Source: an uncultured delta proteobacterium
GTDB lineage: Bacteria; Myxococcota_A; Polyangia; Haliangiales; Haliangiaceae
NCBI GenBank assembly: GCA_963848295.1
Contig: CAWKDB010000010.1
Span: forward strand, 1,088,001 to 1,152,000
Length of the DNA: 64,000 nt
Direction: 5' to 3'
A program made the translations under genes and the position numbers. Positions 21,389 through 30,139 of the stretch are shown one piece after another. Every line of letters starts with the position of its first letter. The first letter of the stretch is position 1. The notes beneath the pieces were generated by a model. The model saw nothing but the letters and a program-made list of their open reading frames with translations. It was not told the origin of the DNA and ran no database searches.

Positions 21389-22450
21389 CTCGAGACCGAC
21401 ATCGACGCCGTATGCGGCGCCGCCGATCTTCCACGTCTCGGGAATCGGCGCCTCGCAGATGCCCGCGCAGTATTCGACCTGCTGCGTGGTCTTGTACGTG
21501 GTCGCGCCATCGACCCGCGCGCCGGCGACGATCGCGAACGACGGGATGATTTCGTACGACACCCCGAGCCGCGCCGCCGCGATCGGCGCCCAGATGCTGA
21601 CGTCGCCGATGGGGAAGGTGTCTACGCGACGTGCGGTGAGCGCGAGGTCTTGCAGGCCGAGCTGCGCTTGCACTTCCGCGCCGAATCGCTCGGACCGCAA
21701 CGGTAGGCGATACGCGACCACCGCGCTGCCGGCGTACGCGTGCGCATCGTCGCTGTTCGAGATCCGATACTCGAGCGCGCCGCCGACGCGGAAGTCTCCG
21801 AGGTACTTCCGGACCTGCACCTGCACCGTCGCGCGCGCGGACGGATCCGCTCTGACCTGCGTCGGGTTGCGCGCGCCGAACGTGCCGCCTTGGAACACCG
21901 TGTCGAGCGCGGCATCGCCCCACAGGCTGCGGCCGTCGCGGGCATGCGACCGTTGCTCCGCTTCGGTGAGGCCGTCGTCGTCGCTCGGCGGCTCGCAAGG
22001 CTTGACGGTGAAGTGATCGCCATCGGGCACGCCGGTCAACTGCACACCCTGCTCGTCCCACTTGGCGAAGCAGCCGACCGGGTGGCCACGCACGTATCGG
22101 CCAACGCTCTTGCGCTTGCCGTCGGGATACCAAACGCCCCACACGCCGTCCGGCACCGACGCGGTCCCATCCGCCACGTAGTTGCCGGCCGACTCGACCG
22201 CGCCATTCGGATACCAGTGCGTGTAGGGGCCGACGAGCCGGCTTAGCGTGGCTGGATGGGCCATCCCGAGCATCGTCGAGTAGTCGCGCCCCGGCTCGGG
22301 CAACGCCGCGACGCTGTTGGTCGTCAGCGCGCACGACTCGACGCGTCCCGTCGGTGGGTCCTTCGTCGAGAGCTGAGACTCCGGCGGACACGTCCGGGCC
22401 GTGATCGCGCAGGCCCCGACCCCGGCCACCACCCCCAACATCCTGTACAT
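21374..22450 (-). CDS. Lipoprotein-like protein with MORN-variant repeats and a C-terminal beta-barrel-like region
   Basis: GPYTHWYPNG, DGVWGVWYPDG, GCFAKWDEQG; C-terminal alternating strands ending YGVDVGLELRLR. Confidence 0.6.
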   Translation of the reverse strand: MYRMLGVVAGVGACAITARTCPPESQLSTKDPPTGRVESCALTTNSVAALPEPGRDYSTMLGMAHPATLSRLVGPYTHWYPNGAVESAGNYVADGTASVPDGVWGVWYPDGKRKSVGRYVRGHPVGCFAKWDEQGVQLTGVPDGDHFTVKPCEPPSDDDGLTEAEQRSHARDGRSLWGDAALDTVFQGGTFGARNPTQVRADPSARATVQVQVRKYLGDFRVGGALEYRISNSDDAHAYAGSAVVAYRLPLRSERFGAEVQAQLGLQDLALTARRVDTFPIGDVSIWAPIAAARLGVSYEIIPSFAIVAGARVDGATTYKTTQQVEYCAGICEAPIPETWKIGGAAYGVDVGLELRLR

Positions 22451-22537
22451 ATCCCAGCACCGTACACCGACGGCCCCGGGCATTGGATCGTCAACGCGCT
22501 CTCGCCTTCTGACGCGTGATGCAGACAAGCAGCAAGG

Positions 22538-22645
22538 TTGTCGCATGGCGCTGCCAAGCTCGACGTCGACGCGACCGTTAACGCCGCGAACACGCGCCTG
22601 CTAGACGGCGGTGGCGTTGACGAAGCGATCCACCGCGGAGGCGAC
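22538..22645 (+). pseudogene. Truncated macro-domain (YmdB-like O-acetyl-ADP-ribose deacetylase) remnant
   Basis: KLDVDATVNAANTRLLDGGGVDEAIHR matches the macro consensus VDAIVNAAN..L.GGGGVDGAIHR, then runs into a low-complexity tract. Confidence 0.7.
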
Positions 22646-22675
22646 GGCGATTCTAATGACGCGCTGGCGGTAGGT

Positions 22676-22806
22676 GTGCCGCTACCGGTTCCGGTGCCGC
22701 TACCGGTTCCGGTGCCGCTTCCGCTTCCGCTACCGGTTCCGGTGCCGCTGCCGCTGCCGCTGCCGCTGCCGCTGCCGCTGCCGCTTCCGCTGCTGCTTCC
22801 GCTTCT
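22676..22806. repeat. CCG-NNN hexamer tract (CCGCTG/CCGGTG/CCGCTT), left of the four-helix-bundle gene
   Basis: About 21 consecutive hexamers read directly. Confidence 0.85.
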
Positions 22807-23053
22807 CTGATTGGAATTCCGTCGATGGAGGCTCGGGCGGGGCGTCGTCGTCGTCGCCCCTGGCCGCTTGCGCGCTCGCGCCTCGCCGAGCGCCGCGCGC
22901 GCCGACGCCTGCGAACGACAGCCGCCGAGTTGATCGACCGCGATCTGCGAACCGCCGACGGCGCGCTCGTCACGGCGCCCGCGCGCTTGGCGGGCAACGG
23001 GGCGAACGACAACGACGACGCCCCACCCTCACTTGCCCTCTCAGGAGAATCCC

Positions 23054-23377
23054 ATGCCATTCGATGCTCTCGAAGTCTCGCTCACGATGCTGCGTGAGCT
23101 CGCTCCACTCGAAGCGAAGCTCCGGCACCGCCGCAAGTCGCTCGCCAACGAAGTCATCCGCACCGGCGAGAGTGTCGCGCTCAACATCAGCGAAGGTCGC
23201 GCGCGTGTCGGGCTCGATCGGCCCGACTTCTATCGCCGCGCCGCCGGCAGCGCGAACGAGCTGACGACCGCACTGCGGATCGCTGAAGCGCGCGGCGTGA
23301 TCTCGAGCGCCGAGCTCGCTGCGATCGCGCCGCTGCTCGATCGCATTCGCGCGATGCTGTGGAGGCTCACCCACTGA
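23054..23377 (+). CDS. Four-helix-bundle protein (23S rRNA intervening-sequence protein/bAvd-like)
   Basis: [33 protein letters not shown]. Confidence 0.85.
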   Translation: MPFDALEVSLTMLRELAPLEAKLRHRRKSLANEVIRTGESVALNISEGRARVGLDRPDFYRRAAGSANELTTALRIAEARGVISSAELAAIAPLLDRIRAMLWRLTH

Positions 23378-23394
23378 ATCTCCGACGCGGACGC

Positions 23395-23596
23395 CAGCTC
23401 CGGAGCCGCTGCTGCGTCCGGAGCCGCTGCCGCGACTGGAGCCGCTGCCGCGACCGCAACCGCAACCGGCGTCCGGAGCCGCAAACGCGTCCGAAGCCGC
23501 AACCGCAACCGCATCCGCATCCCGCCGCTGCCGTGCCGCAACCGGGTCCGGTGCCGCTGCCGCAACCGCCTCCGGTGCCGCCGCCGCAACCGCCTC
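23395..23596. repeat. CCG-NNN hexamer tract (CCGCAA/CCGCTG/CCGGAG/CCGGTG), right of the four-helix-bundle gene
   Basis: Imperfect hexamer run read directly. Confidence 0.8.
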
Positions 23597-24644
23597 CGGA
23601 GAGTCCGACGCCACGCGCCTTCGGCGCGCGGCCGCCGCTCGCCTCCGGCGAGCGCGCGCTCCGGCCGCGAGGCGCCGCAGGCGCCGAGTGCCGGAGGTCG
23701 GACTGCCCGTCTGCTCCTCGGACTCGTTGTGCCCGCGGGACTCGCGCCGCACCGCGCAGCGGCGCGGCGCGGGAACCCGCGCGTCGGAGAGTCCGACGCC
23801 ACGCGCCTTCGGCGCGCGGCCGCCGCTCGCCTCCGGCGAGCGCGCGCTCCGGCCGCGAGGCGCCGCAGGCGCCGAGTGCCGGAGGTCGGACTGCCCGTCT
23901 GCTCCTCGGACTCGTTGTGCCCGCGGGACTCGCGCCCCACCGCGCAGCGGCGCGGCGCGGGAACCCGCGCGGCGGAGAGTCCGACGCCACGCGCCTTCGG
24001 CGCGCGGCCGCCGCTCGCCTCCGGCGAGTGCGCGCTCCGGCCGCGAGGCGCCGCAGGCGCCGAGTGCCGGAGGTCGGACTGCCCGTCTGCTCCTCGGACT
24101 CGTTGTGCCCGCGGGACTCGCGCCCCACCGCGCAGCGGCGCGGCGCGGGAACCCGCGCGGCGGAGAGTCCGACGCCACGCGCCTTCGGCGCGGGGCCGCC
24201 GCTCGCCTCCGGCGAGCGCGCGCTCCGGCCGCGAGGCGCCGCAGGCGCCGAGTGCCGGAGGTCGGACTGCCCGTCTGCTCCTCGGACTCGTTGTGCCCGC
24301 GGGACTCGCGCCCCACCGCGCAGCGGCGCGGCGCGGGAACCCGCGCGGCGGAGAGTCCGACGCCACGCGCCTTCGGCGCGCGGCCGCCGCTCGCCTCCGG
24401 CGAGCGCGCGCTCCGGTCGCGAGGCGCCGCAGGCGCCGAGTGCCGGAGGTCGGACTGCCCGTCTGCTCCTCGGACTCGTTGTGCCCGCGGGACTCGCGCC
24501 GCACCGCGCAGCGGCGCGGCGCGAGAACCCGCGCGGCGGAGAGTCCGACGCCACGCGCCTTCGGCGCGGGGCCGCCGCTCGCCTCCGGCGAGCGCGCGCT
24601 CCGGTCGCGAGGCGCCGCAGGCGCCGAGTGCCGGAGGTCGGACT
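23597..24644. repeat. tRNA-linked tandem array, about 5.6 copies of a 188-bp unit, each containing the tRNA-Leu 3' end
   Basis: GTGCCGGAGGTCGGACT recurs at 23688, 23876, 24064, 24252, 24440 and 24628 (period 188); units differ by only a few SNPs. Confidence 0.95.
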
Positions 24645-24711
24645 CGAACCGACATTCCCGTCAGGGAAGGGGCTTTTGAGACCCCCGAGTCTACCATTTC
24701 TCCACTCCGGC
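24629..24711 (-). tRNA. tRNA-Leu (anticodon CAA), CCA not encoded
   Basis: Minus strand GCCGGAGTGGAGAAATGGTAGACTCGGGGGTCTCAAAAGCCCCTTCCCTGACGGGAATGTCGGTTCGAGTCCGACCTCCGGCA: acceptor stem, D loop, CAA anticodon, long variable arm, TTCGA T loop. Confidence 0.95.
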
Positions 24712-24766
24712 AAAAAGCGAGACGCGCCGGCCACAGGCGCCGGCGCATTCCGTTTCAGAGACGATC

Positions 24767-24806
24767 GCTAGACGGCGATCAGCACGTGCTGATCGCTTGG
24801 TCTAGC
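24767..24806. other. Perfect 22-bp palindrome with extended hairpin arms (possible terminator/RNA stabiliser or operator)
   Basis: GCTAGAC-G-GCGATCAGCACGTGCTGATCGC-TTG-GTCTAGC just 3' of the small lipoprotein gene and 5' of the tRNA. Confidence 0.55.
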
Positions 24807-24813
24807 ATGCGGC

Positions 24814-24999
24814 TCACATCGCGCCGCCCGAGCCGGCCATGCCGCTGCCGCTGCCCATGTCGGCCGAACCGCCGCCACTGCCAGCCGCAGCCGAGCCCAT
24901 ATCGGAGCCACCCGCCGCGGGGGTGGTGGCTGCCTTCTTGTGGTGGCAGCCAGCAAGCGCCGCCGAGACGAGAATCGCAATCGCAAACATCTTCTTCAT
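24814..24999 (-). CDS. Small Gly/Ser-rich lipoprotein
   Basis: [25 protein letters not shown] lipobox. Confidence 0.75.
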   Translation of the reverse strand: MKKMFAIAILVSAALAGCHHKKAATTPAAGGSDMGSAAAGSGGGSADMGSGSGMAGSGGAM

Positions 25000-25065
25000 A
25001 AGTAGTCCTCTCTCTGGTTTTTCACGCCGCTGGCGCCTGCCAGGCAGCAACTAACACTGGTTGGT

Positions 25066-25266
25066 TCAGCCCCCGCACGGATCGCCGGTCGGGGAAGACG
25101 GTGTGGCAGCGCCGCTACCGGCGCTGCCGCTCGTCGCGCCCGAGCCCTTGTCGGTCATCGTCGGGTCGGGCTTGGGCGTCGTCGAGCCCTTCTTGCCGCC
25201 GCCGCACGCGGCGATGGCGATCGCCGTGACAAGTGCAATCACGAGGGTGGTCTTCATGGCTTTCAT
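25066..25266 (-). CDS. Small Gly/Ser/Thr-rich lipoprotein
   Basis: MKAMKTTLVIALVTAIAIAAC lipobox, ends DPCGG. Confidence 0.7.
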   Translation of the reverse strand: MKAMKTTLVIALVTAIAIAACGGGKKGSTTPKPDPTMTDKGSGATSGSAGSGAATPSSPTGDPCGG

Positions 25267-25304
25267 GGCGGGTGTCACGTGGTTGGCGGTCGCGGCTCGC
25301 GGTG

Positions 25305-25616
25305 TCAGTTGCCGAGCTCGGCGAGCGCGCTCTCGAGCTCGCCGAGAGCATGCTGATCCCCGGTTCGGGAGGCAACTTCGATGCCTTTACGAAAGATCTC
25401 CATCGCCTCGGCCTTGCGACCGAGCGATACGTGCGTGCTGCCCGCCATCAGGTACGTCGGCACGTAATCGGGGAAGGTCGTCATCAGATCGGAGAACGCG
25501 GCGGCAGCTTCAGCCAGCTGGCCGCGACCTTTGAGCTCCATCGCCAGGCCATACCGAGGGAAGGGATCGGTCGGCGTGCGGGCGATGAAGGTCCGGAATG
25601 TCTCGATACGATCCAT
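25305..25616 (-). CDS. Small TPR protein
   Basis: PTDPFPRYGLAME, FPDYVPTYLMAG, GDQHALGEL. Confidence 0.8.
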   Translation of the reverse strand: MDRIETFRTFIARTPTDPFPRYGLAMELKGRGQLAEAAAAFSDLMTTFPDYVPTYLMAGSTHVSLGRKAEAMEIFRKGIEVASRTGDQHALGELESALAELGN

Positions 25617-25752
25617 GGACAGTGGCGACGTTGAACGCCCATGCAAGCCGGGGCTTACAGGGACGAGGACCATATCGCAGGACTTTCTTCCAAATGCCAG
25701 TGCCCTAAGACGAATTCCGCAGTCGCGGCCGTGCTACAAATGAGGAGATCGG

Positions 25753-26592
25753 GTGAAGCGGCCGTTCACTAGGTTCATCGGTGTCGACCTTGGCGGAGGA
25801 CGTGGCAAGACCACCGCGGTCGCCGAGATCCGGAGTGCGGCCGGCCGAGGAGCCGAGGTCTTCGAGGTCGCCACGCGCTCGGACCGACGCGCGTGGACCG
25901 ACGACACGCTGATCGAGCGACTCGCCGCGCTCGACCCCGCGCGCGTCATCGCGATCGATGCACCGCTGACCAAGACGGCGTGCGCTCGGTGCGTCCGGCC
26001 GGTGTGCCCCGGCATGGAAGCGTGTGAAGAGCCAGCCGTGGCGTGGCTGCGAACGACCGGGCGCGCGCTGGTCCAACAAGTCGCCGCCGAGATCGTAGGT
26101 GGTCGCAGCGGCAGCCGGCCTCAGCACGCATCGCAGGTTCGGCTCGCCCCGTACGCGCATCGCGCGACCGACGTCGTGATGACCTACGAGCGCGGGTTGC
26201 TACCCCTGTCGGTGCTCGGCCAGACGAACGGCGCGATCGCGGCGCGCGCGAGCCAGCTGCGCCGCCGTCTCGCGAGCACCGGCTATCACATCAACGAAAA
26301 TCTCTTGGAGGTATCGCCATCCGCGACGATCGCGGCGCTGTGCGGTACCCGACTCGCTCGTGGCTACAAGCGCGACGCAGATCCGTGGCGAACGCGTGCG
26401 ATGATCCTCGAGCAGCTCGGTGATCTAAGCTTCGCGCCGCAGAGTCGGATGGCGCGCGAGGACGTGCTTGGCAATGACCATTGCTTCGACGCCGTGATCG
26501 CCGCTTACACCGCATACCTGTGGGCGCGCGACGGCTGGGACAAACCCGGCGACCTGTTCGATGAAGACGGCTGGATCGCCGCACCGCCCTGA
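25753..26592 (+). CDS. DUF429-like predicted nuclease (RNase H-like fold)
   Basis: FIGVDLGG, IAIDAPL, R-x-TD, LEVSP, DHCFDAVIAA. Confidence 0.75.
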   Translation: MKRPFTRFIGVDLGGGRGKTTAVAEIRSAAGRGAEVFEVATRSDRRAWTDDTLIERLAALDPARVIAIDAPLTKTACARCVRPVCPGMEACEEPAVAWLRTTGRALVQQVAAEIVGGRSGSRPQHASQVRLAPYAHRATDVVMTYERGLLPLSVLGQTNGAIAARASQLRRRLASTGYHINENLLEVSPSATIAALCGTRLARGYKRDADPWRTRAMILEQLGDLSFAPQSRMAREDVLGNDHCFDAVIAAYTAYLWARDGWDKPGDLFDEDGWIAAPP

Positions 26593-26624
26593 CCTGGTCG
26601 CGCGCGCTCGGCGTGCGAACCTGA

Positions 26625-27404
26625 TCACAACAGCGCTTCGTATGCGGCGGTGACTTCGGCGAACCGCAGCTCGAGCACGCGCCGGCGATCACCGTCGGCC
26701 TCCGGCTGCAGATCGGGATGCAACGAGCGCGCGAGCCGGCGATACGCGCGCTTGACCGATTCGACGTCGGCTCGATCGTCGACCCCGAGCAGTCGCCGCG
26801 CTGCCTCGCGGCGCGGATCGATCGTGCGATTCGGCGCGCTGCGCTCGGCGACCACGCCCTCGACCGACAACGCATCGACGCTGCGCAGGAAGTGGATGAA
26901 CGCGAGCAACCGAAACCGCGGGGTGCGCGCGAGCGGCCAGATCTGATCGAGTCGGCGCGGTTGGGCCATCGCCGCGAGCATCCGGCGATCCGCCTCGTCA
27001 CACGTCGCGAGCTCGGGCCCGAGATCGGCGCGCACCGAGAGGCGGATGCCGGCGAGCTCGCGCACGACGATGTCGGCGAGCGAGGCATCGAGCTGGTGCT
27101 CGAAGTGGCTGCGCGTCCACTCGGCGAGCGCGACGACGTGGGGTGCGCCCGGTGGATACGCCGGCACGCCGCCCGCGAACGACGCGATGACGCAGTCGAG
27201 CGAGACCAGGCGATTGAGCCGAACCCCGAGCGCGCGCTTGGCGTGCTCGCCCTCGCCGACGATCACGCCGCCGCGGCGCAAGACGAACAGCTCGCGGCGA
27301 TCGCCGGTGACGGTCAGCACCCCGCTCGCGCCCTGTCGGCCGAGCCGATACAGCATGCGCGCGAGCTGGCCGCGGCCCAACGCATCGCGAGATTCTGCCC
27401 TCAC
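26625..27404 (-). CDS. J-domain protein with N-terminal DUF4388-like region
   Basis: C-terminal VKRAYRRLARSLHPD...FAEVTAAYEAL; N-terminal SGVLTV...LFVLRRGGV; start uncertain. Confidence 0.75.
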   Translation of the reverse strand: MRAESRDALGRGQLARMLYRLGRQGASGVLTVTGDRRELFVLRRGGVIVGEGEHAKRALGVRLNRLVSLDCVIASFAGGVPAYPPGAPHVVALAEWTRSHFEHQLDASLADIVVRELAGIRLSVRADLGPELATCDEADRRMLAAMAQPRRLDQIWPLARTPRFRLLAFIHFLRSVDALSVEGVVAERSAPNRTIDPRREAARRLLGVDDRADVESVKRAYRRLARSLHPDLQPEADGDRRRVLELRFAEVTAAYEALL

Positions 27405-27454
27405 CCGGGCATCGTCGGCCCGGCGATCGGGCTGGGCAATTTTTTTAGCCTTCG

Positions 27455-28639
27455 CTACGGCGTGACGCCGGTTTCGAGCAGCGCAAACGTCGGTGGCGAC
27501 ACCGCGACGTCGGCCTGGAGCATGACAAAGCCATTCGCGCCGAGGCTCGCGTCGTACGCGCAGGCGCCCGAGAACCCGCTGCCCATCGTGGTGCGCACCG
27601 GGTCGGGCTGACCGTCGCTGTTCGCGTCGACCAGCGAGCCGGCCGGCAGCGTCAGTTGATACTCGATGCAGCCGAGGTAGGTCTCTCCGGCGGTCGGAGT
27701 CGCGAGCAGATAGGTCGCGCCGCCCGCGCTGAACAACGCGGGTGCGCCGAAGCCGGTGAGTCCGGCGTTGATGTGCTGCGCCTCGGTCTCGCCGAGCAAG
27801 CGCGACACGTACTGCCAGCTGCCGGTGCGCGGATCGGAGACGAGCACGATGCGCGATGTGGCCGGATCGCCGGTCCCGCACGCGAGCGCGAGCCAGCGCG
27901 CGCTGGTCGTCGCGATCAAGCCCGGCTCGGTCAGCACGGCGCAGTCCGCGAGCGCTGGGTCGATCGCGGCGAACTGGATCTCGGGTGGCCCGAGCACGCC
28001 GTCGTTATAGGCCTGGACCTCGGGGGTGGACGCATAGCCGGCGCCGGCGAATAGCTTGTGCTCGGATGCCGCGGCGAGCGCCAGCGGCGACGCCGCGCGA
28101 CGCTCCTCGATCCACGAGTATTGGAACTGGCGCTCGTCGGCGGCGCCGGTGTTCGCGATCAGGTAGCGCTGCCACTCGAGCCGCCACGCCTCGTCGGCCG
28201 GTGCGAATGGATCGTAGATCAGCGTCGACACTTCGTGATTCCAGAACGTCGCGATGCCCGCGAATTCGGTCGGCGGTGTCGCGATCGCGGCGGCGGCGTT
28301 GATCTCGCCGGCGTCGCAGAACGTCGTGCCGCCGTCGTCGGTGTACGCGAGCCGCGTACTGACGAGGCCGAAATCGCCGGGTCCCGGGGCGACGCTCGAA
28401 TACGACATCCACGTCCGCACACCGTTTGGATCGAGCGCGAAGCTCGCGTCGCCGACGCCGTTGGCCCCCGCCGTCAGCGGGATCGCGCGTGGGTACGTGC
28501 CCGACACGTGCTCGCACATCGGTGCGTCGGTTTTCGCGACATCGGAATTCGCGACGTCGAGCGCCGCCGCGTCGCCGTGCTCGGCGGCCGGGCCGTGGCA
28601 TGCGGCAACTAGGAGTACGGCCGCGAACAGCTTCGCCAT
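27455..28639 (-). CDS. Lipoprotein with Asp-box/sialidase-like propeller
   Basis: LVAAC lipobox; AYTDDGGTTF Asp-box. Confidence 0.65.
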   Translation of the reverse strand: MAKLFAAVLLVAACHGPAAEHGDAAALDVANSDVAKTDAPMCEHVSGTYPRAIPLTAGANGVGDASFALDPNGVRTWMSYSSVAPGPGDFGLVSTRLAYTDDGGTTFCDAGEINAAAAIATPPTEFAGIATFWNHEVSTLIYDPFAPADEAWRLEWQRYLIANTGAADERQFQYSWIEERRAASPLALAAASEHKLFAGAGYASTPEVQAYNDGVLGPPEIQFAAIDPALADCAVLTEPGLIATTSARWLALACGTGDPATSRIVLVSDPRTGSWQYVSRLLGETEAQHINAGLTGFGAPALFSAGGATYLLATPTAGETYLGCIEYQLTLPAGSLVDANSDGQPDPVRTTMGSGFSGACAYDASLGANGFVMLQADVAVSPPTFALLETGVTP

Positions 28640-28683
28640 CGCGCGACGGTCTTGCACATGGCGTGCTCAGCCGTCGTGCGCGA

Positions 28684-28926
28684 TCACATGAAGCCGGCTT
28701 TGCGGCGTTCGACGATGAACTCGATGACGACGTTGCGAACGTCCTCGCGGAACTTCACGAGGCCGGCTGCGATCTCGCGCAGCGCGGTGACCGCCGGCTT
28801 GTTGTCGCAATCGACGCCGGGAGTCGCGCCGCGCGACAGCTGCCGCGCGCGCTCGGCGGCCAGCACCACCAACGCGAAGCGATTCGGGATCTTATCCAGG
28901 CAATCTTCGACGGTGACGCGAGCCAT
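28684..28926 (-). CDS. rpoZ: RNA polymerase omega subunit
   Basis: [10 protein letters not shown]...[16 protein letters not shown]...[12 protein letters not shown]. Confidence 0.97.
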   Translation of the reverse strand: MARVTVEDCLDKIPNRFALVVLAAERARQLSRGATPGVDCDNKPAVTALREIAAGLVKFREDVRNVVIEFIVERRKAGFM

Positions 28927-29048
28927 AGAGCGGCGGAACTTACAGTACTTCGCGCAGGTGTCAAGGGCGCGCTTGCCAGAGTCTGGCTCACCGACTACCT
29001 TGGGTAGTGCAGTTCGGCTACCGGCAAGTAGCTGCCTGTACTTAACTT

Positions 29049-29741
29049 ATGCCTGTCCGTCCGCCTGTGCCCGTGTCACGTGGGCCCGTTCGCATCGAGC
29101 TCGACTGGGATGCGTTCGAGGTCGCGGTCGAACGTAACTCGCCCGATAGCGATAGCTATCTCGACCTGACGACCGGCCGAGTTGTCTCGATCACGACCGG
29201 TGATCCAGAAGCCGCGCTGAGCCGGCAGACCGTCTCGGAGAACATCCGTAATTTCTTGCGGATCGAGCCTGCATCGTCTCGCGAGCAATACCGGTGGATG
29301 GAGAAGTTCGTAGGCTCGGTCGCCGAGGAGCCGCTGCGCGAGCGGCTGATCATCTCGATCGACGGCAAGGGCGCGTTCCGCCGGTTCAAAGACGTGTTGC
29401 TCGCGTATCCCGCGGAGCGCGAGCGCTGGTTCACCTATCGCGCCGAGCTCCTGCACTGGCACATCCAGCAGTGGCTCGAGCAACACGAGATCGTCGCGAC
29501 CAACGATCCGCCGTGGGGCCAGATCCAGCCACCGGCCGAGCTGCCGGCCGTCGCGCACCCGGTCACGCACGGCACCGAGGCACCCGGCGAGACGCTGCGC
29601 CGCCAAGCGCGTGAGTTGATCGAGACGATGGCGGCGATCGAGCTGCCGACCGCGATCGCGTTCCTGGAGTTTCTCAAGCAACGGAGCATCGACGCGATCG
29701 TCAAGGACCGCGATCTCGATCCCGACGACGAGAAATCATGA
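29049..29741 (+). CDS. UPF0158 family protein
   Basis: [35 protein letters not shown]. Confidence 0.85.
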   Translation: MPVRPPVPVSRGPVRIELDWDAFEVAVERNSPDSDSYLDLTTGRVVSITTGDPEAALSRQTVSENIRNFLRIEPASSREQYRWMEKFVGSVAEEPLRERLIISIDGKGAFRRFKDVLLAYPAERERWFTYRAELLHWHIQQWLEQHEIVATNDPPWGQIQPPAELPAVAHPVTHGTEAPGETLRRQARELIETMAAIELPTAIAFLEFLKQRSIDAIVKDRDLDPDDEKS

Positions 29742-30079
29742 TCGACGCGATCGAGCCGCTGATCACGCGGCTCGTCCAGCAGGCACCCGCGCTCGACACC
29801 GCCGTGATCGCCGAGCTGCGGGACGCGCTCGCGCTGGTCGGTACCCCACTCGCGCTCGCGATCTCGCGGATCGTCGAGCTCGTCGGCGAGCAGCTCGTCG
29901 ACGCCGGCGTCGCGCTGCCCGCGCTCGCCGAAGCGTGCGCGACCCTCGTCGCCGGCGCCGATGCGCACGCTCTCGAGGCGGCGCGCTTCCGCGTCGACAC
30001 GCTGACCCCGATGCCGGATTCGCCGGCGCGGATCGCAGTGCCGGATGTGCTGATCCGCGATCTGAGACGGAAGAACTGA
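29738..30079 (+). CDS. Hypothetical helical protein
   Basis: ATGA overlap with the preceding gene, typical codon usage. Confidence 0.6.
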   Translation: MIDAIEPLITRLVQQAPALDTAVIAELRDALALVGTPLALAISRIVELVGEQLVDAGVALPALAEACATLVAGADAHALEAARFRVDTLTPMPDSPARIAVPDVLIRDLRRKN

Positions 30080-30139
30080 CGCCGAGGTTTGCGTGTTCAC
30101 GTGCAACGTGCACGTCCACGTTCACGATCTCTTGGCGGG

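Noticed and set aside
22674..22810. Cys/Arg-rich (CRCRC) or Pro/Leu peptide
   Set aside because: Just translations of the hexamer microsatellite
23054..23377. Diversity-generating retroelement
   Set aside because: Avd-like fold only; no reverse transcriptase and no TR/VR pair with A-specific mismatches seen
23597..24644. CRISPR array
   Set aside because: Units are near-identical over all 188 bp, with no unique spacers and no cas genes in the window
24629..24711. Prophage or genomic island at tRNA-Leu
   Set aside because: No integrase or phage genes next to the tRNA
22970..25001. Long Arg/Ala-rich ORFs across the array on both strands
   Set aside because: The 188-bp period is not a multiple of 3 and extreme GC removes stops; translations cycle through frames and are artefacts
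30095..30128. CACGTN short repeats between convergent genes
   Set aside because: Short and degenerate; no function can be supported
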